From NCBI RefSeq assembly GCF_964355755.1, contig NC_092670.1, forward strand, positions 32,600,388 through 32,664,387: 64,000 nt of DNA. The letters run 5' to 3'. Below the pieces are notes generated by a model, which was not told the origin of the DNA, did no database searches, and worked only from the letters and a program-made list of their open reading frames with translations. The position numbers were made by a program, and so were the translations under genes. Positions 36,901-48,493 of this stretch are shown one piece after another. This DNA is from Antedon mediterranea (Eukaryota > Animalia > Echinodermata). Numbering within the stretch: position 1 is the first letter of the stretch; the number at the start of each line of letters is the position of its first letter.

Positions 36901-39900
36901 AATACTTGCGAAAAAATTCGCAAGTAGTTCTCGGGTGGGACTCGAACCCACGACCTCCAGATCACTAGCCTGGCGTTCATACCTCTAGACCACCGAGCTT
37001 GCGCTGATGGCTAGTGGTTAGATTCGAGCCCAAGTAAGCAGTGGGTACTGCACCAAAAGGATTGTTGGAAATGAATATGTTTCAAGAAATGAATATGTTA
37101 AGAAATGAATGTTTCCAGAAATGAATATGTTACGAAATGTCATTATGAAATGAATATATTTTAGTAAAAAAGACTAAAAAGAAACTATTTTTTCCTCCCA
37201 AAAAATTATAACCACAAATATAAACCAAAATGCCTAAAAAACTGAGGAGACATTTTCAATTTATAATGTAATAACAGGGAAGAGTTAAATTTTTAACTCT
37301 TCCCTGGTAATAATAACCAGAAAACCAGTAGGTTAAGGAGATAATAGAATTTGGAAAGATCAATAGAGTAAACATGAATACCACTACTGAATGGTATGAA
37401 AAACAAACATTTGATAAATCATAGTATCCCATTAACTGTTATTTTAACGTAGGTACAGGAGAGAAGAGGATTTGAACAGATCAATAGAGTAAACAAAGTT
37501 AAAACCATAGTACACAGTAAGAAAATACACTTGACATAAACTACAAGCATATAGCTTAGAAGTCATTTTACAGTAGGTTATGGAGACAATAGAATTTGGA
37601 TAGATCGATAGAGTATACATGTAAAGTAAATGAATACTACTACAATACTCAGTATAATAGGAAACGTAACTTGTGAAAAACAAACATTTATTAAGCAAAG
37701 TCGTTCATAAGTTAATTTACAGTATTAAGGAGACAAATATTATACTCTTCTAGCATATTTGCTAACTAAATCAATATCTGTCATTCCTTGAATGATGTCA
37801 TGTTTAACGACGTTAAATGTCCTGCTGTGTTACGTCTGCCCACAATAGCAGGTTCATACTGTACCATAACATCTACAGTAACTCCTAAATATTCCTTAAC
37901 CTAACCTAATCCAAACCTCAACAAATTAAAATTGAATTATTAAAATGTTATAATTTTACGAAGGGGCTGCATCTACGCCTATATAGCATCCGCTATGGCT
38001 TTTGATAAGAGATTAATGTGTTATTATATTGGTGAATTGTATGGTCAGATGGCTGCATGGGTCTTGCAATGTCATGCAGTCGCAAAGGCTAGGGTTCGAA
38101 AGCCCATTGGTATCATTTTTTAAAAACTCACCACCTTCCCAATTGACCATCTTTTCTCACCATTTTCCTAGAAGGATATTTCGAGAGCCAGAGGCCCGGT
38201 CTTCTCAATAGGCGTAGATATAGCGAATATAGCATGTAGATTGCATCTACACCTAGGCGTAGACGTAGCCACTGCGTTAATTTTATTATTTTTAAGCAAT
38301 TGTTTTTCTTACTTCATGCCAGGATCCAAACTCAAGTACGTTGATGTTGTTGAGTTGCACTCCGCTGTCCTCTAGTTTACAGAACACTGGCATAGATGTA
38401 TTGCCAACATAGATGGGAATATTTGGGTTCTTCTCAGATAGAAGCTTTAAGGTTGGATAACTGATGGAAAAGATATGAAAAATATAATATAACAAATACA
38501 CATATCACTTATTGTTGACAATGAAAAGCTATTTCATTCATGGCCTTGCACCGAGGTACATCGACAATGTTCTTACTCCACAATCCTCTTGTCGCAGTCT
38601 TTGTTCCAATTCTCAGAATTGTCTTGTTCCTGCTAAAGTGAAGACCATCTCATATGGTCACCGTGCATTATCTTATGCAGTTCCTATGCTTTGGAATTCT
38701 CTTCCAAAATGCATTAAAGATGCAGAGTCGGTGGCTCGTTTTACGAGGCTTCTTAAGATATACTTTTTAATAAAGCATATTAAGCCCCCTTTCTCCTTTA
38801 CCATGCCACCTAGATTGTTTTAGATCTAGTTTAAGTAGGGCAGGACGCACCCGAGTCCGGGATGACCGAGACACAACTGGTGCTGACCACTGAGGTTCAA
38901 TTAGACCGATGATCCCTGGTAAGCGACAAAGGCGTATCCCCTTACTTCGGTTTGGATTTTTTTTTGCCATGGTTGAAATCCCTTTTATCGTATTAATTTA
39001 TGTACAGCGCTTAGAGGTTTCACAACATTAGGCAATATATAAATCCAGGATATTATTATTATTATTATTATTGAAATGGCAGAATGTTATTTGAACCATT
39101 CAACAAAATAAATTTTGTTTATTATCCTATATACAATTACAAAATGGTGCAGATGGCCTGCTTGATGTACTGTAATACACTATATTCATTTGATAACCTC
39201 CGAGAGAATATCAATGTTATATTACAAAAAAAACAAGAGATTTCCATGTAAAAAGAAGTGTATTTAACAAAAAAATTCAATTTGTACTGTTGCTTTGTTG
39301 CCAATGTTTACTTACACAATTGAATTCATTCAGTTATTCATGGCGAGTGTAATGTAATCAGTCAAAGATACACCAACGCATTGTAATCTATAGTACAAAT
39401 ATTGAACTTTGAATAAAATTGATTTAAGACACGTAATAGCAATAGTACACAGAGAGTACAAATAGGCCAAAAGCTTAAAAGAATAATTCCATCCAGTTTA
39501 CTAGTCATTCTAAACCAATTTTTTGTTTCTGTGAGAATTTATTTAAAGATATATTATTTTTAAATTTTTGTTGTTGAATACGCCATTTTAATAATGTCAC
39601 AGAGTCATATTCACTTTGACCAAAAATTGGATTGAAAACCGTAATTTAAAGCAAAAAATAGTCAAATTAGCTGCCTGCCAGCCAATAGGTTTCTGGTGAA
39701 TTTAACTGTTAATTTTGTTTTTTTATTAAAGTGAAAACATTTTTTTTTCTATGGAAGTGAATAACTTCAAATAACTACAAAATTGCCTATTCAAAGTCCA
39801 ATTATTTTTTTCATTTTTCAAGTTTTTGGGGGACAATACATCTTTAAAGTTATTGTCCCCCAAATAATGTAAAGCTTTTTTTTTTAATATGCCATTTTAA

Positions 39901-42900
39901 TGTCACGTCTTTAGTTATTCACTTTGACAAAAAATTGGCCTGGAAAACATTATTTATCTGAAAAAACTGTAATTTAAAAAAAAAACATTATAGAAAATAT
40001 TAAAATTGTATTTCAGACAATGGGGTTTCAGTGGCGGATCTAGGATCTGACGAGGGGGAGGCTCCCCCTCCCGAGCCTCAGAAAGTTTTTGAAAAAATAG
40101 ATGCTTACACACTGTTTAATAGGCTAGAGCAACTGTTTCTATCACATTTAATAACAAATGTTACATAATGTAAATTTAATTAAATCCTTCCTAAATACTG
40201 TACATATCTTTTTCGACGAACTTGATAAATAATAAATATTTGATCGAAAAACACTTCAAACGAAATGAACATTTGGTAAATGCGGTACTCCGAAAATGCC
40301 TCGATAGTGCATGTGTTAGTGTACTGTGTTTTGGTGGTCTGTTATTTGTTAACCTCAGATATACCCTACAGCCGGGTGAATAACTCAATGTAATTTAGTA
40401 TACAATTGCAGTAATCGCCGTGTCTATTATAACACAAATCAATAAAACGACAAATACGCCACTTTTTTTCGGCCGTGTACATACAAGACATTTCATGTAT
40501 ATTCTATGCCTATGAAATAATAAAAGAATACCATATTTCTAGTTTATTTTTATCGTTTATACTGCATACCATTATTATATAAAAAACATTCATACGCGAG
40601 AAAAAAGTTCACGATAATACACTCCACTCTGTACAGGGGTGTAAATATACCACGCTAACGCTTGCACACACACGGACCAGGTAGGGTGGTAATTAACGTT
40701 AACTGAAAATGGGGAATTTTTGGAGAGTGATGACATCAGCATTCACACGAGGAGCGCGAGCTAGACAAACGTGACGCTGGTAGTTAGGGAGTGCGTGTGT
40801 TTTGAAAATAACTCAGTTGTGGGCCCGGTTGTGGGTATTTTCCAAAGATTTTAAAATCGTGTGTTCTTTTTAAACTCTTAAATTCATAAATAGTAATTAA
40901 ACTCTTAACTGCGTCAAATCCACGTCTAACTAGCGAAGGTCGCGGGTTGGTTGCATCTTTTTTTTTTTTGAATTAAGGGGGGTGGCTAGCCACCCTATTC
41001 ACCACCCCCCTCCCCCCTAGATCTGCCACTGGGTTTTAGTTAAATTTAACCTTTTATGTTGTCATTATTTTGGTTTCTATGGAAGGGAAGTGAATAATTC
41101 TTTTAAAATTGCAAAATGGCCTTCACAGTCTGACCTCATTAACCTTCATGTTTCTTGGGATTCAATATTTTTTTAAGGCTCAGCATTTTCTACTTTTAGC
41201 AGACATCTTTAACAACTATATACATTTGGTACTGCTGTATGTTCAAGTCTGATTGGATAAGGCTGAATATTAAAAAGCCTATAGTTATCATACTGTTTAA
41301 TAACACAGGATCAAACAATGGAAATTGCATGGCTAATTAGACATTATAATAATAATCTGGATATTAAACATGCATATTAGATTTTATTGATTGTTTGTTT
41401 GTTCAAAATTGACTATTGGACTACAAAATGAGATAAAACGGTCTATACGTCACACCCATTCAAAAGATTAGGAAGATCAATCCATACAACAGGTGCCCAA
41501 CATTATGAAACAAATTTGTCCGCGCATAAGTGTTGCTGTGGTCTTAAGTCAACAGTCTGAAGACACTACAATTTGAATTAGGAACATCTATAATAATTTA
41601 CTAAATATTGGATTTAGAATGATGATTTCATATCTGAAAGTGCAATATGTTCAGATTGTTCCAAAACAAAAGACATACCAATAGTGCATTCATTTAATAT
41701 TACTATAAAACTGTACTATTTCCCCTCTCACCCTCCTGAAATAAAAAAACACAACATATGCCACACTTAAACAGCATCTGGCATATGCCATTGTTATACT
41801 ACAATTTATAGGATGCTGATGCCAGAAATTACAAAGGAAACAACATTATATATTAACAACCTCTATGGTTTGCCAACACTTTATAAAAATTCTTGGTATT
41901 AAATTTTTGCAGCCTGGGACCTCTGGCAAAGTGTGCTTACAAAACAAGAATATGAAATATTTTCTTACTTTAAATGATCTGAATGTAGATGACTTATATA
42001 GATAAGGTCAGCTTTAGCCAGTTGGTCAAGCCAGTCGGCAGGAGGCTCATGCATCAACCACCAACCGCGAGCAAACGCTGGACCGGTCAACCATGGATCT
42101 GTGAAAAAGACTGTGTTTTGGAACTCAATTCTCATACAGGCATGAGTGAAGTACGTAATCTGAAAAAGAGAAGAGATTATTAAAGATATATTATCCCCCT
42201 AAAATCCTCCATTTTTTGTTGAATATGCCATTTTAATGTCATGTAATAGTTATTCACACAAAAAACTGGATTGAAAAAAAAAATTATTTACTTGAAATAA
42301 ATGTAATTTAAATTAAAAAATTTTGTCTGTCAAACAATGGTTTTTGGTTAAAATTAACCATTTCGTTTGTCTTTTTATAAGTGAAATAATATTTTTTTTT
42401 TTTACAGAAGTGAATAACTTGATAAAACTGAAAATTGCCAATTTAAAGACTGATTTTATTTAAACTTCATTTTTCATGTTTTTGGGGACAATACATCTTT
42501 AAGCATTATTTAATTATATACATTTAATTATACTACTATTGGTATGTGAACAATTAAATTTAATTATCGACAGTTTTCTGGTATAATACAATGGTGTGTT
42601 GATATGTGCCAAAAAAAGAGCCAAAACCATATTATATTATAAAAACAATTTAAAACAGGGAAGTTTCTAGTGGAATAACTCACCTTCACTTCTCCAGGTA
42701 CAATTGGCTGCATGTCACGTTTATTGGTTTCCCACGGTTGAGGTGGTTTTAATTCTGTCAAGGTCAAACAGCCATCATCATCTATTTCAGTAACTGTAAA
42801 GGGCAGAAAAAACGATTGTTGCACCTTTGTTTAACAAGCACGAATGTGCGATATTCGGGGTACAGCAAAAGAAGCTGTAATGACGTCATAAGACCGGATG

Positions 42901-44883
42901 TGACGTCACATACACATCAATAACCTCGCTGCCAAATACGGCTATATGGTACCATCTTCGAGACGTCATATGGCTGCATCCGGTTTGAAATTAAAAAATC
43001 CGGCTCTATAACTTTGAGGAGGACATGTCTCTATAGCAGATTCATGGCAAATCCCAACTCAATACTACAACGAATAAGGGAGGAGTAGTACTTTATAAAT
43101 TGCACTTTTTACTCAATAGTGTCGGATGGAGGAGAAGATGAGAGAGTCCTAGATTCGGGTACCCCAACCCAAGTAAAAAGCATAATAGTGGCTCATTTAA
43201 ACAGGGTGGGTTAAGCAATTTCAGGACCACAGATTAGTGATTTGCATCACTATTCAATCCCTTTTTCAATAGCCTTCTATTAACCGAAGTGAGTAATACA
43301 GAATTAAATGTAGAAAATAAGGCAAAGTCTCAATACTAGGCACTCACTATCAGTATTCTTGAGAAACTAGCCATCAAAGTGATTATGATTATGTTGAAAA
43401 ATCACAAAATTTAATTTACAGCACAGAAATTACACACAGGCATGGAATAAATTCTACACAGCCTGGTGATATACTAAAATTTAATCAATTAATTTGAAAT
43501 GATAAAGATGAGAAATCTGCAAGATTCGAACCAGGAACTTTCTACTTGATATGCAGACGTCCTAATTAGACAACTGGGCCTTCATTGAAATTGTCCAAAT
43601 TTGATTGGATAGACTCTCTTTGACACTCTCGTTAGAGGAGATTCCAGATCTTCGTTAAGGAACAAAACCGGATTGTGGTGGCGCTGCTTTACGCAGCTTC
43701 ATCTTTGTCTAGTCTGTTTCTCGCTACAGCTACATCTCCATAATGTAAAAAAAAACCTACCAAGTTGATCTTGCCTAAAACTGTCTGGAGGGTTGACGTA
43801 ACGCATTGTACTAGGGTCCAGCTTCCATCCATGCTTTGTACATTTTAAAACACTGAAAACAAGAATGATGAATGCCTTAATTACAAATGATGGGGAAGGG
43901 GATTTGAAAAAAAAAAACACCATTTATCAGACATTGCAGATATTTGGAAGCTCTTTATTCCAAGGAGTTGGAAAAATTGGATTTTGTCAAATAGGGGTAC
44001 AGTATGCTAACAAACCCAATTGGTTTGGCAGTGATATAGCCACGAGTAAAAAAAGTGGCCTAGTTTTCGCAAGAAAAGGGAAAATCTCTGTTCAAACCAC
44101 TGGGTTATCAAAGGCCAGCATCCAGAGAAAGGAAAAACCAAAAGGAAGGGAAAGCTCTAACAACTGTAAAACATATTTCTATCGCTGCAGTATAGAAATA
44201 CTGTTTAAAGAGCTTTTGAGAATACTGTATTTCAAGAACTTTAAGAAGGCAAGGGTGATAAGAACATTAGGAAGTAACAGTGAATGGTACAGTAGATGAA
44301 AAGATGACTTGAAAGCTCTTAAAATAAAATTGATGGTTAGTTCCTCCCTGAGCCTCCAATAGTACTGCCAATATGACTGTATTTGTCAATTGTATGACCC
44401 ACTATACGACCCCCAGGAGAGGTGGGTCATTTGTCTGATGTGCATCATATCTGCGAATACCATGACGCACATGTGCATCAAAAATATTACTTAACTTAAG
44501 GTGACTGAGATACACCCATTTTGACGCACTGTGACCATGTTGATTTTGATATGGTGTGTAGTAAAGTGATGGACATTGACACACCATTGTTCATTAATGT
44601 GATGTACCATTTAGGTTTTTTGACTACATGGGTTCGTATAGTGGTTCATATAATTGACAAGTGCATTACATATTATGCTTTACCAGTTACTACTGTCTTC
44701 AATATCCTTGATAAAAGTTCCTCCTTGATGTTTACAAACATTCTTACAGGCTGTAAATTCATCAGAATCACGGAATATTATGTATTTTTCATTTTCGGAC
44801 TTGTTTATCAAAGTCACACCTTCTTCAATCCGAGACGTCTCGGTTCGAGACAACTTCATTAACTCGACACGTATCTGTTCCAT
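21831..44883 (-). CDS. CMAH: CMP-N-acetylneuraminic acid hydroxylase, complete, 15 coding exons, 639 aa, with C-terminal membrane anchor
   Basis: Exons (5'->3'): 44883-44684, 43852-43761, 42793-42684, 42159-41969, 38460-38313, 36790-36709, 36099-35962, 30439-30304, 29670-29533, 28748-28701, 27924-27798, 26990-26868, 25749-25634, 24565-24432, 21967-21831; total 1920 nt, all GT-AG and in phase. Rieske CKH...CTKH, HLHSDH, GPAFARGWW, SDFAGGASGFPMTFSGG and FWNH motifs match vertebrate CMAH. Confidence 0.97.
22330..22680 (+). pseudogene. Degenerate LINE ORF1 (L1/Tx1-type) fragment
   Basis: KLEKRLDDLEN*SRQNNIVLWGVPEG, later EVER..HR and PIHVKL; stops and frameshifts. Confidence 0.65.
23070..23300. 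mobile_element. Small TIR MITE
   Basis: CGGTACACCACGTATGTAGTT vs AACTACGTATGTGGTGTACCG inverted. Confidence 0.6.
24432..24565 (-). CDS. CMAH: CMAH exon (end of catalytic core, start of extension)
   Basis: FWNHMQILLKKDLPRWDEFLEQQRAKGAKRKPVWKPSGGLEALK; open through gtaatc donor. Confidence 0.93.
25634..25749 (-). CDS. CMAH: CMAH exon
   Basis: MKNRMGVHRETVVHGLFWDNLYIGFNNRISREPDTFHY. Confidence 0.96.
26308..26659 (+). mobile_element. tRNA-derived SINE with Deu-like domain and poly(A) tail
   Basis: A-box TGGTCGAGCGG, B-box GGTTCGAG, core GGATAAGGACTATAAACCGTAGGTCC...AAGAGTAGGGGGTTACCCCGGTG, 21-nt A tail. Confidence 0.82.
26868..26990 (-). CDS. CMAH: CMAH exon
   Basis: MIETDDNFEPIEGGYNFLVDF...ERPQREHSYLE. 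Confidence 0.96.
27798..27924 (-). CDS. CMAH: CMAH exon
   Basis: WDFDLYVNEI...EIFAYPEWIQFYYNWTGFNEYNLVIR. Confidence 0.96.
28701..28748 (-). CDS. CMAH: CMAH 48-bp exon
   Basis: DYVTYPKEGTKVMKD; ttcag/gtatgt, phases fit neighbours. Confidence 0.9.
29533..29670 (-). CDS. CMAH: CMAH exon
   Basis: YVKETNFKN...LNNLIK...TWTPEPGSVLDL. Confidence 0.96.
30304..30439 (-). CDS. CMAH: CMAH exon
   Basis: EWKAKFVKNERKKLLYYK...PKIYCPFAGYFVEAHPSD. Confidence 0.97.
33205..34321. mobile_element. Non-autonomous DNA transposon, hAT-like termini, 5-bp TSD (GGGGT)
   Basis: CAGTGGCGGATCTAG...CTAGCTCTGCCACTG; GGGGT at 33200-33204 and 34322-34326; closely similar to 40029-41031. Confidence 0.88.
35962..36099 (-). 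CDS. CMAH: CMAH exon
   Basis: HLILNTVDCTNPNGG...MMSDFAGGASGFPMTFSGGKYT. Confidence 0.97.
36709..36790 (-). CDS. CMAH: CMAH exon
   Basis: VNKDLRFMIMMDGVHPDMDTCLLIDYK. Confidence 0.96.
36927..36999 (-). pseudogene. tRNA-like sequence (anticodon AGT) embedded in a repeat; probably pseudo/SINE-derived
   Basis: Intact anticodon and T arms (GTGGG-TTCGAGT-CCCAC) but two unpaired terminal acceptor positions; its 3' flank recurs at ~15300-15358. Confidence 0.55.
38313..38460 (-). CDS. CMAH: CMAH exon
   Basis: YPTLKLLSEKNPNIPIYVGNT...SGVQLNNINVLEFGSWHE. Confidence 0.96.
38530..39072 (+). mobile_element. L2-clade LINE 3' fragment
   Basis: GLAPRYI...RSL.S.S...L.P...T.SYGHRALSYAVPMLWNSLP..IK ORF2 C-terminus; 3' tail TGTACAGCGCTTAGAG...(ATT)n. 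Confidence 0.82.
39543..41177. mobile_element. Two tandem Kolobok-like MITEs sharing a TTAA; the second is interrupted by the 5-bp-TSD element
   Basis: TTAA junction at 39844-39847; same internal sequence as 14489-14830 and 42180-42502. Confidence 0.7.
40029..41031. mobile_element. Second copy of hAT-like element, 5-bp TSD (GGTTT)
   Basis: CAGTGGCGGATCTAG...CTAGATCTGCCACTG; GGTTT at 40024-40028 and 41032-41036. Confidence 0.88.
41969..42159 (-). CDS. CMAH: CMAH exon (metal-binding HxHxDH)
   Basis: ITYFTHACM...DPWLTGPAFARGWWLMHEPP...YISHLHSDHL. Confidence 0.97.
42180..42502. mobile_element. Kolobok-like MITE (TTAA TSD)
   Basis: TTAA-AGATATATTATCCCC...GGGGACAATACATCT-TTAA. Confidence 0.78.
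42684..42793 (-). CDS. CMAH: CMAH exon
   Basis: TEIDDDGCLTLTELKPPQPWE...GEVK. Confidence 0.94.
43761..43852 (-). CDS. CMAH: CMAH 92-bp exon (Rieske CxxH)
   Basis: VLKCTKHGWKLDPSTMRYVNPPDSFRQDQL. Confidence 0.96.
44684..44883 (-). CDS. CMAH: CMAH first coding exon (Rieske CxH)
   Basis: MEQIR...ACKNVCKHQGGTFIKDIED; acceptor-like ttttaag at 44921 implies an upstream 5'UTR exon. Confidence 0.93.
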
Positions 44884-45734
44884 ATTTCTTTGTCTTTCCT
44901 TTTATATTTCAGAATGTAATCTTAAAAGAAAAAAGTTTTAAATTACATTGGAAAGAACAATATAACTCAATTAATGACTAAGGATATTAATAGCATGTAC
45001 TTTACATCATTTTATATTGTTGTGAAAGGGGTCTGATGCTTGATGCACACACTGTACTATAAACTGTATTACCCTAAAGAGGTACTGGACATTGAATCTT
45101 TGTAGTGGTCTCAATTAAGGGCATATGACCGATTGGGCCACCGACAAGTTGAGCCGCCGAAAATTTCTATGAAACGCCCAGTCCGTTTACGACATTTTGC
45201 TTAGTATTTAGAGTGGTGTCCTAGTACATAAGTTCATGGTCTTTATTAGGTTTATTGTGTCATAAAAATAAATAATATATAATTACATACAGTACTATAA
45301 CTTTGTTGGTTTGAACCGCCATAACAACACAAAAAAGGAAAGTAGTCTATTTAATAATTTAATTGTTTTTAATCTTTCAAGCTAAAAATGCAGTGCACTC
45401 CATAATATTTTTCTCGCGTGTAGGCCTACCACGAAAAGTCACATTGTCTCTCAGGACTAATAGAGTATTGATATTCTTCGAATGAGGTTAAATAATAATT
45501 ATTTTGTTACAATGTTATTAATTATTAAAATGTTAATTAATTTTACTAAAAAAAAGTGATTTTATGTAATTATTTCTTTAACCGAAAAATGGAGTAGGCC
45601 TAGTTCATACAACGGTTCACTCATACAACATGTTTACGTCATTTTTGGCTAAAAACGATCATTTTCGGTGATGTTTTAGGAATCTACAAGTCAGATTTTC
45701 ATTTGTAAATATTCCTTTAATTGTAATATTTAAT

Positions 45735-48493
45735 ATTAGGGAGTTTTCGCAACCTTACGAATACGTCACTCACACATTTGTGAAATTTTTGAGCTGATCC
45801 CCATTTCATATTCGTAAAACGTATTCGTGTTGACGAATATCACCTGTCATATTCGTAACAAAACGAGTATAGTTTTTAGTCGCGTGGAAGCGACTTTATA
45901 GTTCACTATGTCGGTCGGTCGGTCTGTCTGTCGGTCCGGTATAACTATGCGTTTTATCGCTTTCTGACCTTATCTTGATATCAGTTTAATCTAGCTAAGT
46001 CAATTTTTCACAGTATATTCCTTATGGCCAGGAATCGATGTGGTTATGTTTTCACGGTGCGCAATAAAAAATTACGCGGTCTACGCACGATTTAACGAAA
46101 TCACGTTTGTAATCATATCTTCACAACCATAAATCACAATTAAATAAAATTTGGTACTCATAAATTTCAGGGCATAAATCATCATATGGCAATACAATTA
46201 CGTGCGTAGCGCATGTAACGCATGCGTACGCGCGCTTAAAATTTTCAAAATTTATTTTCGAAATAAAAAAAAATGAAATAAGAGTACGTTTCAGGCAATT
46301 TTAAGCGTTTACAAAATTGCTATGAGTCACAAAGCCACAAAGTTACGCGCGCACGCGCATTTAAAATTTTAAAATGCGCAAAATTCATTTTTAATCAACT
46401 TTCTACGCGTTTCTTGTCATTTTGAGCATGTCAAAAATTCCCATACGCGCGCAAATTTTTACGCGCGTGGTGCGCACGTAGCGTTAAATACATACTTTTT
46501 TCGCGTGATTTATGTTTTTGCAGCCTTTTCTAATAATTTTACCATCTTTTAAACAATTTCGACTTAAAATTACGTCATACGAGCACGTCGAATTGGATAA
46601 TTTGCGCACGTTTTTGATGAAAAAGTTAAAAAATTCGTCAAAATTATGCCTTTTCAGTCGCGTGGACGCGACTATAGTTCACTATGTTGGTCGGTCTGTC
46701 TGTCGGTCCGGTATCATTATGCATTGTAGCACGCGACTTAATGGCTGTTGGCCTTGTTGATCTATTTTGCACATTTTGCATTTGAATCAGGAATGATTCA
46801 TGATTATAATATAATTATACTTTTATTGAAATGAAAGTAATTTACTAAAGTAATTTACTAAAGTAATTTACTGAAACTAGAGGGTGAGCTCGCTTCGCTC
46901 GCTCCCCCTCTAGGAAGTGTAGACGATGGTTTTCGGAATGATAATGTTATCCTTATACGTTTTCTGTCGGTTACCATTATTGAAAATGCTTGACATTCGT
47001 AAAACTAAACTACTTTGTTTCACAGTGTTTTAGATGATTAATAACATTTTAAAGTACAGTTTTTATTGTTTGGTAGGGCCCTTTGGGGAGGCGGAGGTCA
47101 TTTGAGGGAGGTGCTTATTCGAGGAATATATGTTAAATTTTGTAGTTTTAATAATATGGTAACATTTATAATCAAATGAAATCCTCTAATAGATATGAAA
47201 AGTGCTAAAAAAGAATAACAAATGCTTGGTAAATTGTAGATAACAGTGCGGTGAATTCTACTACAAATAGTACCGTATAATTGTGTTGTTATAAATATGT
47301 GGATGGACGTTTATTAGATAGTTGGGTTGGGGGGGGGGGGGGTTTATTATTCAAAGTGATGTTTATTGGAGAGGCGTTTATTCAAATGAATACCATCCTA
47401 ATAATTATTAATACATTATCTAATTTAATCATCTTTTGAAACTAACTGCCGTGACAGAGTGGGCCCAAGAAAGAAGACATTATGGTACGGTTTGCAACAT
47501 GGGCAGACATCTCGGTCCTAACGGGACACAGGAAGATAGCCTACAGTTATTCCTGCAAGCTTACTCAATAAAACTAGGCTATCGGGATTTCACTCAAAAA
47601 ATGTCTTATCATCAAATCTCCCTATGTAATTTTATAATACTATTCCCCACAATATATTCTGATTCTTTATGGCGTATAGTTAATTTGATCTATATTAATT
47701 TGCAGTATAATTCCTATTATTTAACTACTGTACCTTCACACACGCGAGGTATGTTTTAAAATAAACCAAAAACTGAAATGGCTATGATTAATGGTCAACT
47801 TAAGCTCCAGTCCTAATATATATCTGATTTTCTTTTCCGTCTTCCAAAGGGACACTGTATTGATTGATGGAAAGTGCCTGTTTCCAGTCACCTTTAGGGT
47901 CAAATCTATTATTTTAACTGCTCCCTTGTGTATAAAAGAGAGAAAATATTTGAAACCAGGTTGTTGCAAGGTGAACTTATCTTAAACCCGGAAATTACTT
48001 TGACTGGGAAGAATTGAAATTGAGATGAAAATCTAATGTTGAAATCATAAATTGTGTTAAAAAACTCTTTATAATATCTTCCTAAGATAGAAATATGGAA
48101 CAATAGCGTCGCTGTGAACACTAATGTTATCAAATCTACGTTTCGCGGTACATCTCAGATAGATAAGGTAGGTATCCAAGGCGGAGATTTGTACCGAAGT
48201 TTTTCCATTGTGCTCGCCTATGTCAGAATTAACCATAATTTATATATAGATGCCAGGTCAATTTTGATAAATAGCAGTTTTTAAAGTCCTCACTTGCTTT
48301 GATGTTATGTTAGGCCTAGGCAGCCAAGCAACACAGATCTGCGCTTCGCTCAAATTTACCGCAGTTATATTTTGGACGGCGCCCTCAATATTTTGTTGCC
48401 AAGCGAAACATATTTTTACTGGCTTACGAAAAAGGAATACGTGTGCGTGACGTATTCGTTTTCGTAATCGTAAGATTACGAAAACTCCCTAAT
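45735..48493. mobile_element. TIR element nested in an outer TIR element (~45145-48635)
   Basis: ATTAGGGAGTTTTCG...CGAAAACTCCCTAAT inverted termini; outer pair CAAGTTGAGCCGCCG...TTCTATGAAACGCC / GGCGTTTCATAGAA...CGGCGGCTCAACTTG. Confidence 0.62.
45873..46758 (+). mobile_element. Helentron-type HINE with (GTCY)n microsatellite
   Basis: T-run, subTIR AGTCGCGTG with hairpin, GTCGGTCGGTCTGTCTGTC, 3' CACGCGACT + small hairpin + TT. Confidence 0.78.

Noticed and set aside
38040-38112. tRNA gene candidates here and at ~36467-36540 and ~43520-43580
   Set aside because: Only A/B-box remnants with no foldable cloverleaf; repeat-derived.
43865-44420. 144-aa + strand ORF / possible LINE remnant in CMAH intron
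   Set aside because: No convincing motif; only a weak DKY..IGSTI RT-thumb-like stretch on the - strand.
15883-44883. Functional clustering of integrin, GPCR and CMAH as an immune/glycan locus
   Set aside because: Adjacency alone is not evidence in animal genomes; synteny cannot be tested from this window.
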